From assembly GCA_050015075.1 (NCBI GenBank), contig JBEKCB010000026.1, positions 12,526 through 76,525 on the forward strand: DNA of 64,000 nucleotides, read 5' to 3'. The notes under the pieces are model-generated. The model made no database searches. It was not told where the DNA came from and saw only the letters and a program-made list of their open reading frames with translations. Source of the stretch: Candidatus Brocadiia bacterium (GTDB lineage: Bacteria > Planctomycetota > Brocadiia > CAIUPP01). Shown here piece by piece: positions 47,986-56,063 of the stretch; position 1 is the first letter of the stretch; every line of letters begins with the position of its first letter. The position numbers and the translations under genes are program-made.

Positions 47986-49383
47986 CTATTCCGGGTCCGC
48001 GACCGGCAGGTTTCGCGCGGCGTCGTCGAGCACCAGCGCCCAGTCCATCTGATCGCCGGTGTATGGCGGGACGAAGACCTGGACGCCGGTGTTGGGGTAC
48101 TCGCCGATGAATTTCCAGCGGCCCGTCCGCGGGTCATACCAGTGCGCTTTGACCTTCGCGCCGGCGAGCCGGTCCATCCGCACGGTGAAGGGATGGCCGA
48201 ACGGCGTGTACGCCAGCGCGAAGGCGCCGTCCGCCGCGCGCGCGGACTGGATGTGGTCCTCGAGAATCCCCTGGCCGAAGTGGATGAGGCCCTGGTCCGG
48301 CACGAGTTGGTGCCAGGGCCGCATCTCCAGCAGGCGTCGCAGCAGGCCCATGCAGTACGAGCCTTCATAGTTGATCGCCTCGCGCCAATTGTACGTTGCC
48401 GTCTGCTCCTTCATGAACAGCGAATAATCGGCGTAGGACAGCCTGGGGTTGCCGGCCTCGAAGAACTGCCAGATGTCCTGCGCGCCGTAGCCCAGCCCCG
48501 CCGCCCCGGCGAGCATGTTCCAGTACCCCGCCTCGCGGATCTGGTGCGCGTTGATGCGCGGCTGCTTGCTGTTCGCCGAAGGGATGTGGTTCTCATACCG
48601 GAACTCCATGTCAATCGTCGGCTTCGGCGGCTGCATCAGGTAGTCATGCGTCACGAACTCGTAGCACAGCGTGCCCCACTGCCATGAGGACTGGATCGTG
48701 TTGAAATCGAGCCAGTCCATGTTGTGAAGCCAGAAGGAAGAGGAATATCCCTGAAAACCCGCGGAAGGACCGTGACCGTGATAGGAGACCAGTTGCCGTC
48801 CTTCGCTGCCTTCCTTCAGCCCTCGCGCCATCGCGGTCCAGACGGGGAAGTCATCCATCGGCGACCGGTCCCCGCCCAGGTACCAGATCACCGCATTGTC
48901 CTTATACCGGCTTCCCAGAAACTTTCCGAAGGCGAATGCGTTGGATTCGGTGAAGACCTGCTCGTCATACCCGACCTTGCGCACGTGCTCGCCGACGCAG
49001 GTGACGATGCCCATCACCAGCCCGAGTTCGTTCGCGCGGTTCACGATGTAGTCAATATTCCGGAAGAAAGCCTCGTTGGGCTTGGTCGGGTCGCGGTCGA
49101 GCAGCGGATAATCCCCGTAGAGGTTCGCCGCCTTCAACCCGCGCAGGCAATACGCCTGGATCGCCGTGAAACCGCGCGCGACGCGGTTCTCAAAATAGAC
49201 GTCCACCTCTTCGTGGTTCAGCCGCTTGAACAGCGTCCATGCGGTGTCGGCCAGGTAATAGAACGGCCTGCCCTCCGTGGTCATCAGATACCGATGATTG
49301 GGCGACACCTTGAATCGCAGGCTCTTCACAGAACCCGGCGACGGAAACAGCGGCTTGCTCAGCCTGACGAACGACATGGCCAT
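47986..49383 (-). CDS. DUF4038 / GH140 (apiosidase-like) glycoside hydrolase with C-terminal beta domain
   Basis: PFYYLADTAW, IWYLGGD, WLDFNTIQS, PKPTIDMEFRYE, WYDPRTG, DWALVL. Confidence 0.85.
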   Translation of the reverse strand: MAMSFVRLSKPLFPSPGSVKSLRFKVSPNHRYLMTTEGRPFYYLADTAWTLFKRLNHEEVDVYFENRVARGFTAIQAYCLRGLKAANLYGDYPLLDRDPTKPNEAFFRNIDYIVNRANELGLVMGIVTCVGEHVRKVGYDEQVFTESNAFAFGKFLGSRYKDNAVIWYLGGDRSPMDDFPVWTAMARGLKEGSEGRQLVSYHGHGPSAGFQGYSSSFWLHNMDWLDFNTIQSSWQWGTLCYEFVTHDYLMQPPKPTIDMEFRYENHIPSANSKQPRINAHQIREAGYWNMLAGAAGLGYGAQDIWQFFEAGNPRLSYADYSLFMKEQTATYNWREAINYEGSYCMGLLRRLLEMRPWHQLVPDQGLIHFGQGILEDHIQSARAADGAFALAYTPFGHPFTVRMDRLAGAKVKAHWYDPRTGRWKFIGEYPNTGVQVFVPPYTGDQMDWALVLDDAARNLPVADPE

Positions 49384-49402
49384 GAGAGACTCCTGCCTGA
49401 CC

Positions 49403-49488
49403 CAACCGGAATTTCCCGGATGGCCGCTCTCCACAGGGCGGTCAGCCTTCACATGTCGCAGTCTGACCATCCGAATCCAGCCTGTCAA
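49403..49488 (-). promoter_or_regulatory. Shared cargo promoter/leader, copy next to the island right end
   Basis: TTGACA-17 bp-CAGACT, then GCGACATGTGAAGGCTGACCGCCCTGTGGAGAGCGGCCA. Confidence 0.7.
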
Positions 49489-49549
49489 GTGAAGACGCGC
49501 GGCGAAAGTTGCGGCTTGGCGATGAGCTGCGGTAAAATATGCCGGCTGA

Positions 49550-49594
49550 ATTCTCAGTCTGGAGATAAGGGTTCGAGTCCTTCAGGACGCGCCA
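49550..49594 (+). repeat. tRNA 3'-half fragment (attR-like)
   Basis: attctcagtctggagataagggttcgagtcc matches tRNA-Glu 8857-8887; continues ttcaggacgcgcca. Confidence 0.8.
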
Positions 49595-49684
49595 TTCGAC
49601 TTGCTTCGCTCGCTCGTGGCAAGCCATCGCCGGAGCGAACGATTCCGCTTAGAGGATCTCATTGAGGTGGAAGAAGTGAATGCG

Positions 49685-50440
49685 ATGAAGGGCCGTGTCG
49701 CTCTGATTACCGGCGGCGCGCAGGGGATCGGCAAGGCGATAGGCCGCCGATTCCTGGCGGAAGGCGCGCGTGTGGCGCTGGTGGACGTGGACGCTGAGGC
49801 GGGCGAGGAGACTCGAAAAGAGTTCGCCGCGCTCGGCGAGGCGGTGTTCCTGCCCGGCGACGTGGGCCTCGAGGCGCCCGCTCGCCGTGCCGTGAGGAAG
49901 GCCGCCGGCTTGTTCGGGCGGCTGGACGTCCTGGTCAATAACGCCGGCATCGGGATCGGCAAGCCGATCACCGAACTGACCCTGAAGGAGTGGAACCGCG
50001 TGCTCGCGGTGAACCTGACGGGCGCGTTCCTCTTCGCCCGGCACGCCGCGCCGCACCTGCGGAAGAGCCGCGGGGCGATCGTCAATATCGCTTCCACTCG
50101 CGCGCTCATGTCGGAGCCGAACACGGAGGCGTACTCGGCCTCGAAAGGGGGCATCGTGGCGCTGACGCACGCGCTGGCGGTTTCCCTGGGGCCGGAGGTG
50201 CGGGTGAACTGCATTTCTCCGGGCTGGATCGAGGTGGGCGCGTGGCGCAAGCGTCGCGCGAGAAAGCAGCCGGCGCACTCCGAGGCGGACCGCGCGCAGC
50301 ATCCCGTTGGCCGGGTGGGCACGCCGGAAGATATCGCCGCGCTCGCGGCGTACCTGGTCTCGTCCGAGGCGGGCTTCATCACAGGCGCGAACTTCGTGGC
50401 CGACGGCGGGATGACGCGGAAGATGATTTACGTGGAGTAG
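49685..50440 (+). CDS. SDR family oxidoreductase
   Basis: TGGAQGIG, NNAG, YSASK, VNCISPG. Confidence 0.95.
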   Translation: MKGRVALITGGAQGIGKAIGRRFLAEGARVALVDVDAEAGEETRKEFAALGEAVFLPGDVGLEAPARRAVRKAAGLFGRLDVLVNNAGIGIGKPITELTLKEWNRVLAVNLTGAFLFARHAAPHLRKSRGAIVNIASTRALMSEPNTEAYSASKGGIVALTHALAVSLGPEVRVNCISPGWIEVGAWRKRRARKQPAHSEADRAQHPVGRVGTPEDIAALAAYLVSSEAGFITGANFVADGGMTRKMIYVE

Positions 50441-50458
50441 AACGTTCCGCGGAAACGA

Positions 50459-50499
50459 AATGACCGCTCCGGGCATTGCATCGCGCCGGAGCGGTCATT
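50459..50499. terminator. Hairpin between convergent genes
   Basis: 14-bp stem aatgaccgctccgg / ccggagcggtcatt. Confidence 0.7.
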
Positions 50500-50546
50500 C
50501 CGTTCCCGCGATGCGGGAACGGCGCGCTATAATTGGGTTCGCTGGA

Positions 50547-50756
50547 TTATGACGTAGCCTTGACGACGTTCGCCGCGCGGGGGCCTTTCTCGCCTTTTTC
50601 GACATCGAAGGTGACGATGTCGTTCTCCGCCAAGCTCTTGAAGCCGCTTCCCTGGATTGCGGAATGATGGACGAACACGTCCGGCGTGCCGTCATCCGGG
50701 GTAATGAAGCCGTACCCCTTCTGATCGCTGAACCACTTCACCTTGCCCTGGGCCAT
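50547..50756 (-). CDS. Cold-shock protein (Csp family)
   Basis: GKVKWF, KGYGFI (RNP1), DVFVH (RNP2), KGPRAANV. Confidence 0.97.
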   Translation of the reverse strand: MAQGKVKWFSDQKGYGFITPDDGTPDVFVHHSAIQGSGFKSLAENDIVTFDVEKGEKGPRAANVVKATS

Positions 50757-51038
50757 ACCGGCTTCCTCACAACCAAACGGGGCGGCGCGAACCCCGCAAA
50801 CGGCGGGCCGCCACACTGGGGCCCCGCTTCCGTCATCGGGTCAATCCGCCGTCCGCTGCCGCCCTTGCGCGGCGGCATTTCGTATAACGGCGCCGAGTAT
50901 ACTTTTCGCTATAACCCCAGTCAAGGAATTTCCGATGGCCGATTTGCTTGCGGCTTGAACGATCTGTCGGATTCTGGTACAGTCGCACCGCTGGATGGAC
51001 GCGCAATGCGGATTCCTTCAAGCCCACTGGAGGGAGCG

Positions 51039-52442
51039 ATGGCATCTTCCGAGCAATCCCTCATCCTCGTCGTATCCTGCGAGGGAAAGGATCTCCCGAG
51101 TTTGACCGGCGCGCTGAGCGCGGGCGGTTTTCGCGTGGAGGCGGCCGGGTCGTCGGCCGAAGCGGAGACGCTCTTCCGCGAGCACCGGCACGCCCTGGCG
51201 CTGGTGGATCTGTCCAGCCCGCCCGAGGCGCTCGCCGTTGTGCAGGCGCTGCGGGGCATTGATTCTGCGCTGCCGGTGGTGATCCTGGCGGACCGGAGCC
51301 AGACGAAGGACGTGGCCCGCGCGATCGAGAAGGGGGCTTTCGACTGGATCGCGAAACCGGTGGATTCGCCGAAGCTGGTGGGATTGATCTCGTCGCTCAT
51401 CGCTCGGCGCGGGAACCTGGTGAGGCCGGTCTCGCTGGAAGGCGGGCTGCGCGAGGAGCCGAATTTCCGCAAGATCGTCGGTTCTTCCGAGAAGATCGGC
51501 AATGTCTTCGGGAACATCGAGATCGTCAAGGGCAGCGACGTGCCGGTGCTGATCCAGGGCGAGACGGGCACGGGCAAGGAACTCGTCGCGATGGCCATTC
51601 ACTATCGAGGGCCGCGGCGGAAGAACCCGTTCTTCCCGGTCAACTGCGCGGCGATCCCGGAGACGCTCCTCGAAAGCGAACTGTTCGGCCACGAGCGCGG
51701 CTCGTTCACCGGCGCCGTCGAGCGCCGCAAGGGCAAGTTCGAGATGGCCGACGGCGGCACGCTGTTCCTCGATGAGATCGGCGAAATGCCCCCGGCGACG
51801 CAGGCGAAGATCCTGCGCGTGATCGAGGACCACACGTTCCGCCGCATCGGGGGCAATGAACTGATCCAGGTGGACGTGCGGATCATCTCGGCGACCAACA
51901 AGGACCTCACCAAGGAGGTGGCCGCCGGGCGGTTCCGCGAGGACCTTTTTTACCGGCTGAGCGTGTTCCCGATCCAACTGCCCGCGCTGCGCGAGCGCGT
52001 GAAGGACATCGAGGAACTGGCGCTCTACTTCCTGCAAAAGTCGGTCGCCGAGACCGGCAAGGAGGCCCCGAAGCTTTCCGCGGCCGCGCTGGCGGCGATG
52101 CGCGCCTATGCGTGGCCGGGGAACGTGCGCGAACTGCAGAACACGCTCAAGCGCGCCGCGCTGCTCGCCGCGGAGGGAACCATCGAACCGGCGCACCTCG
52201 GCCTGAAGGATGCCGCCGCAGCGGAGCCCGGCGCAGGCGGCGGAGTGGACCAGGAAATCGGGCAGTTGCTGGACGCTCTGCAGAAGGGCCAGATCGTCCC
52301 GCTCGAACGCATCGAGCAGATCTTTATCCGGCAGGCGCTGCACGTCACGGACGGCAATATCACCGAAGCCGCGAACCGCTTAGGGGTTTCGCGTTCGACC
52401 GTCTACCGCAAGCTAGAGGAATACGGCCTTGAAAAGCCGTGA
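51039..52442 (+). CDS. Sigma54-dependent NtrC-family regulator (receiver-AAA+-Fis HTH)
   Basis: GETGTGKE, ESELFGHERGSFTGA, LFLDEIGE, WPGNVREL, AANRLGVSRSTVYRKL. Confidence 0.93.
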   Translation: MASSEQSLILVVSCEGKDLPSLTGALSAGGFRVEAAGSSAEAETLFREHRHALALVDLSSPPEALAVVQALRGIDSALPVVILADRSQTKDVARAIEKGAFDWIAKPVDSPKLVGLISSLIARRGNLVRPVSLEGGLREEPNFRKIVGSSEKIGNVFGNIEIVKGSDVPVLIQGETGTGKELVAMAIHYRGPRRKNPFFPVNCAAIPETLLESELFGHERGSFTGAVERRKGKFEMADGGTLFLDEIGEMPPATQAKILRVIEDHTFRRIGGNELIQVDVRIISATNKDLTKEVAAGRFREDLFYRLSVFPIQLPALRERVKDIEELALYFLQKSVAETGKEAPKLSAAALAAMRAYAWPGNVRELQNTLKRAALLAAEGTIEPAHLGLKDAAAAEPGAGGGVDQEIGQLLDALQKGQIVPLERIEQIFIRQALHVTDGNITEAANRLGVSRSTVYRKLEEYGLEKP

Positions 52443-52544
52443 GCAGGCGACCGATGCGCCTTCGCCGTTCTTTCACCCCGTAGCTTCCATCTCGTGTCGC
52501 CCCCAACCACACGCGGCGCCTACGCCCGCCGACGGACGAAACGA

Positions 52545-52682
52545 AATTGGAGAGCCTTCGGGCGCACAAGCGGACCGGCCGGCCGCTGGGAGACGAGCGG
52601 TTCATCGCAAAGCTGGAAGGACTCGCCGGCCCTCTCCTGCACAGGCAAAAATCCGGACCCAAGAGTCCGGGTAAGGAAATAG
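52545..52682 (+). pseudogene. 3' fragment of a second RAYT transposase copy
   Basis: LESLRAHKRTGRPLGDERFIAKLE; DNA match to 54982-55118 continuing into the REP-like repeat. Confidence 0.85.
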
Positions 52683-52704
52683 TTATGTATGGTGTCCCCG
52701 GAAC
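52681..52704 (+). repeat. RAYT-type REP-like repeat
   Basis: agttatgtatggtgtccccggaac, identical to 55117-55140. Confidence 0.9.
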
Positions 52705-52716
52705 CCTGCAGGAGAC

Positions 52717-53100
52717 GTGGTGGTGGGAGGAGAGGAAGTCGGGGTAAGCGTACTCGAAGTGGTAGCCGCCGCTCTCGGAATATCCGTTGGCGCTTTATTG
52801 GCCATTCTCGTTTTGGGCGGGATAGCGGCTTACCTACTGTGGAGGCTAATCAGAAAGTGGTCAAGAAAGGCCCGCTGTCTCCCGTGTCAACCTCCTGTTG
52901 GCACTATCGCGTATCGCGTTGATTGTGATGGAAGAGCGCATGCCGGTATTCCGACGCCGCATTCACATGCGTATGAAATGCAGCAGAGCCCTCCATCATT
53001 TGGTTGCGTTTGCTTTTGGCACCCCACGGGCGTAACGTTGCCGGGGGTTGTTGGCCCACCGATTCTGCCAGCGGGTGGCGGCGGAGTTGTATTTGATTAG
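52717..53100 (+). CDS. Headless polymorphic-toxin (Rhs-type) C-terminal fragment
   Basis: Hydrophobic segment then CLPCQPPVGTIAYRVD...H...HSH.YEMQQSP...GCVCFW; frame stays open back into the repeat; family recalled, not searched. Confidence 0.55.
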   Translation: MVVGGEEVGVSVLEVVAAALGISVGALLAILVLGGIAAYLLWRLIRKWSRKARCLPCQPPVGTIAYRVDCDGRAHAGIPTPHSHAYEMQQSPPSFGCVCFWHPTGVTLPGVVGPPILPAGGGGVVFD

Positions 53101-53103
53101 GAC

Positions 53104-53373
53104 ATGGCCGAGGTGCTGAACGAGAAATATGCAGGGTCATCGGAACTGATCAAAAAGGGAGACTGGATTTACCTGGAAGGTGAAGAATGGGGCGGACAAG
53201 TCAAGGAGGTGTGTTTGCCCCATACCGAATTGGCCCGAGCTTACAACTGCGAGGAGACAGGCGGAATACTCGTTCTTTTCGATGATGGTATTTTAGCACT
53301 GCTGGATTTCGGTTCCGATCATTGCATCAAACGCCGTCGTGCCGGAAGTTCCGGGGACACCATACGTAATTAG
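53104..53373 (+). CDS. Probable immunity protein; C-terminus and stop supplied by the REP-like repeat
   Basis: Starts 3 bp after the toxin-fragment stop; ends ...GSSGDTIRN* in agttccggggacaccatacgtaattag. Confidence 0.55.
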   Translation: MAEVLNEKYAGSSELIKKGDWIYLEGEEWGGQVKEVCLPHTELARAYNCEETGGILVLFDDGILALLDFGSDHCIKRRRAGSSGDTIRN

Positions 53374-53405
53374 GAGAATGAGTTACGTATGGTGTCCCCG
53401 GAACT
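53347..53405. repeat. Inverted pair of REP-like repeats
   Basis: agttccggggacaccatacgtaatt - 9 bp - agttacgtatggtgtccccggaact. Confidence 0.9.
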
Positions 53406-53568
53406 CGAACAAACTCCCGGTGTGAACGGACAGAATTATCGGCCAAGATGGTCTACGCAATTCCCGCAAGTGAATACACCTCAGATTCCCCCGAGGTTTG
53501 GCAAGTTCTATGTTGCGCCGGGTATCGGGCCGGTTCGGTAGGCCTAAAGTGTGTCAAGGAGGGGTCAA

Positions 53569-54210
53569 ATGAATCGGTTGGGATTTCTATTACTACGGTA
53601 TATTCCGGTCACAATTATGGCACTGTTGTGCGCAGGTTGTGTTTCAACCTCTAATATGCCTCACGGTGAACACTCTCACGGACCTCTGAAGCGGCGCGTC
53701 TTAGGCGATGAATCAGACGTTTCCCAAAGGCACTGGGAAGTTAGGTCGGACTTGGACTGCGAGACCATCGGAAGGTGGGAGGCGCTGGTGCGGAAGATGG
53801 CTGTCGAGCATTACGAAGAGATTCGCACCAATGTGTTGGAGTTGGGCAACGGAGCACTTACGTTTCAGAAGTTCATTGTGTGCGAATGGAAGCCAAGCGG
53901 AGACAGGGTGCTTTGTGTTGGGCAAACGTTTTACTGGACAATCGTCTGCTTGCTAGGCAAACGCGATGGTAGTTGGACGTGTGATGATGGAAGGTTCTAT
54001 TCATCCCGTGCAGGAAGCTTTGGGTTGGCGTTCATCGATGCAGGTGATCGCGGAGAAGACGACGAGGATCGCGGTGAGGAAGACATTGTCCTTCGCATTA
54101 CAAATCACCCCGGAACGGACATGTGGGTTTCAACGCTACATATTGTGAGAATGGAGAATGGGGCGCTTATAGAGTTGCTCAATTCCGCTCTGGATACTGT
54201 GGACAAGTGA
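53569..54210 (+). CDS. Hypothetical lipoprotein (cassette gene)
   Basis: AGGAGG RBS; LLCAGC lipobox-like signal; AT-richer than host genes. Confidence 0.65.
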   Translation: MNRLGFLLLRYIPVTIMALLCAGCVSTSNMPHGEHSHGPLKRRVLGDESDVSQRHWEVRSDLDCETIGRWEALVRKMAVEHYEEIRTNVLELGNGALTFQKFIVCEWKPSGDRVLCVGQTFYWTIVCLLGKRDGSWTCDDGRFYSSRAGSFGLAFIDAGDRGEDDEDRGEEDIVLRITNHPGTDMWVSTLHIVRMENGALIELLNSALDTVDK

Positions 54211-54296
54211 ATCGAAAATAGGGACAGGAAAATAGGGTATTCCGGCGGAGATAAACCGTATTTCCTGGGTTAGGGATCGCGATCGGGAACGGGATC

Positions 54297-54415
54297 GGGA
54301 CGCCATAGGTAATTATTGACTCGGGCTTGCCAGGGATTATCAGGTTGCTGCTGCTATTATGAAACGGTCGCGGGCGTTGATCAGTAGGATAGTTCCGGGG
54401 ACACCATACATAAGT
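54297..54415 (-). repeat. Two REP-like repeats upstream of RAYT
   Basis: gggacgccataggtaatt (54297-54314) and agttccggggacaccatacataagt (54391-54415). Confidence 0.8.
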
Positions 54416-54452
54416 ATTGAGAGGGGCGGCGGCATTGTGATAGGGTGCAGTC

Positions 54453-55118
54453 ATGGCTCGATTGGCGCGCGTAGTGATTGCCGGCGTACCGCACCATCTG
54501 ACGCAGAGAGGGAACCGGCGTCAGAAGGTGTTCTTCAGCGCGGAGGACCCTGCGGCGTACCTGGAACTGCTGCGGCAGTGGTGCGCGGAACGCAGCGTCG
54601 AGGTCTGGGCCTACTGCTTGATGCCGAACCACGTTCACCTGATTGTGCTCCCGGAGAGCGAAGACGGTCTGCGTCGGGCTGTGGGCGAGGCGCACCGGCG
54701 ACACACTCGAATGATCAACTTCCGCGAAGGCTGGCGCGGGCACCTCTGGCAAGGACGATTCGCGTCGTACCCGATGGACGAGACGCATCTGATGGCGGCG
54801 GCGCGGTACATCGAGCGGAATCCGGTGCGCGCGCGGCTGGTCCGCAGGGCATGGGACTACCGCTGGTCGAGCGCGAAGGCGCATGTCGAGGGGCGCGATG
54901 ACGCGGTGGCGAAGGTGAAGCCGCTGCTGGAACGGATGGAGGACTGGAAGGAATTCCTGCGCCTGCCGGAGGATGAAAGGCAATTGGAGAGCCTTCGGGC
55001 GCACGAGCGGACCGGACGGCCGCTGGGAGACGAGCGGTTCATCGCAAGGCTGGAACGGCTCGCTGGCCTTCTCCTGCACAGGCAGAAACCCGGAGCGAGG
55101 GGGCCGGGAAAGGAATAG
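54453..55118 (+). mobile_element. REP-associated tyrosine transposase (RAYT; Y1 HUH, IS200-like fold)
   Basis: HHLTQRGNRRQ, YCLMPNHVHLI (HUH), LWQGRF, RYIERNPVRA (catalytic Tyr), YRWSSA. Confidence 0.92.
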
Positions 55119-55161
55119 TTATGTATGGTGTCCCCGGAACCCACGGGGACACCCATAACCG
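55117..55161. repeat. REP-like repeat plus partial inverted copy at RAYT 3' end
   Basis: agttatgtatggtgtccccggaac overlaps the stop codon; cggggacaccc follows at 55145. Confidence 0.85.
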
Positions 55162-55236
55162 TCTTCAAGTCATGAGGGGTCCGTAGCCGAACCCGTTCAT
55201 CCTAAAGGCGCCGTTCGTGTGCCTGTCAGGCACCCA

Positions 55237-55262
55237 TCTGCCTTCGCTGAAGCTACGGCAGA
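55237..55262. repeat. Short palindromic element
   Basis: tctgccttcgctgaagctacggcaga hairpin in intergenic DNA. Confidence 0.45.
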
Positions 55263-55642
55263 CAGGTTCGCACCGCCTCCGAATTCCATCCTCGGACCGT
55301 GCATGATTCTCGTCGCGCGGCGTCAGCCCAATCATAAACGCGGCGCATCCGGTCCGGCTTTCGCAGGACCGCTCGCCAGTCCTCGGGATCGGGCCTCGGA
55401 CGCCGCCATGGGCACGCGATCTATCTTTGCTTACGCGACGGCTTGCGCGCGATTGGGTTCGTTTTTTCAGATGGATTTGTCGAGCCAGGCGCTCCTTCAG
55501 CGGACGCTACGCGAGGGCGTCAAGAGAGAGGGCATTTGGTCGGCATGCAAGGACCACTCGACATCATTCCGGCCCGTCACGGGGTCGTCACGGTGTCATT
55601 GCGACGGCATGAAAGCGGCATGAATATCATGAATAGTCTGAT

Positions 55643-55658
55643 TGTTCCACGTGGAACA
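55643..55658. promoter_or_regulatory. parS site (ParB binding)
   Basis: TGTTCCACGTGGAACA fits the TGTTNCACGTGNAACA consensus; palindrome extends to 55641-55660. Confidence 0.85.
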
Positions 55659-56063
55659 ATTTAGAAAACATCTTATCGTCCTGCGGGCGCAATCGTTTCA
55701 GGAGTACGGAATCGAGGCGCAATCGGTCGGGCAGGGATCAGCCAACACAGCATCGTAACCGCGCGCGCCAAACTGCGATGGCACTGTATCACAATCGGAC
55801 GATACTAACCGAAAACGCCGGCTCTTTCCGGTTTTTCGGTGTTGCAAATGGGGCCGCATCTCGATGATACTGACCCAGGTCTGAGGGCCATCTTGACTTT
55901 ATAAGTCGTTGCCATTCAGTCGCTTGTGGCTATGCCCAGCAACTGGGTGCGCTGGGTGCATCCCTATCCCGCCTGCTACATCGTTGCACGTCGAAATCCA
56001 ACGGCACAGTCTTTGCTTTTTCTAAGTCAGCCACCAGGCATATTCTCAGGAGGAAGAAGAGTC

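Larger units (their letters stand above)
8857..49582. mobile_element. Putative genomic island integrated at tRNA-Glu, integrase lost
   Basis: Direct repeat of tRNA 3' half (8857-8887 vs 49550-49580, 29/31 identical); accessory cargo; several mobile-element remnants inside. Confidence 0.7.

Noticed and set aside
49520-49594. A second functional tRNA
   Set aside because: No 5' acceptor strand or D-arm; only the 3' half is present
52681-55161. 25-bp repeats as a CRISPR array or classical integron attC sites
   Set aside because: Mixed orientations, irregular gene-sized spacing, no cas or intI, and no evident RYYYAAC/GTTRRRY cores; the adjacent enzyme is a RAYT
55219-55664. Short ORFs downstream of RAYT
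   Set aside because: No RBS or recognisable motifs; they overlap a palindrome and parS, so likely non-coding
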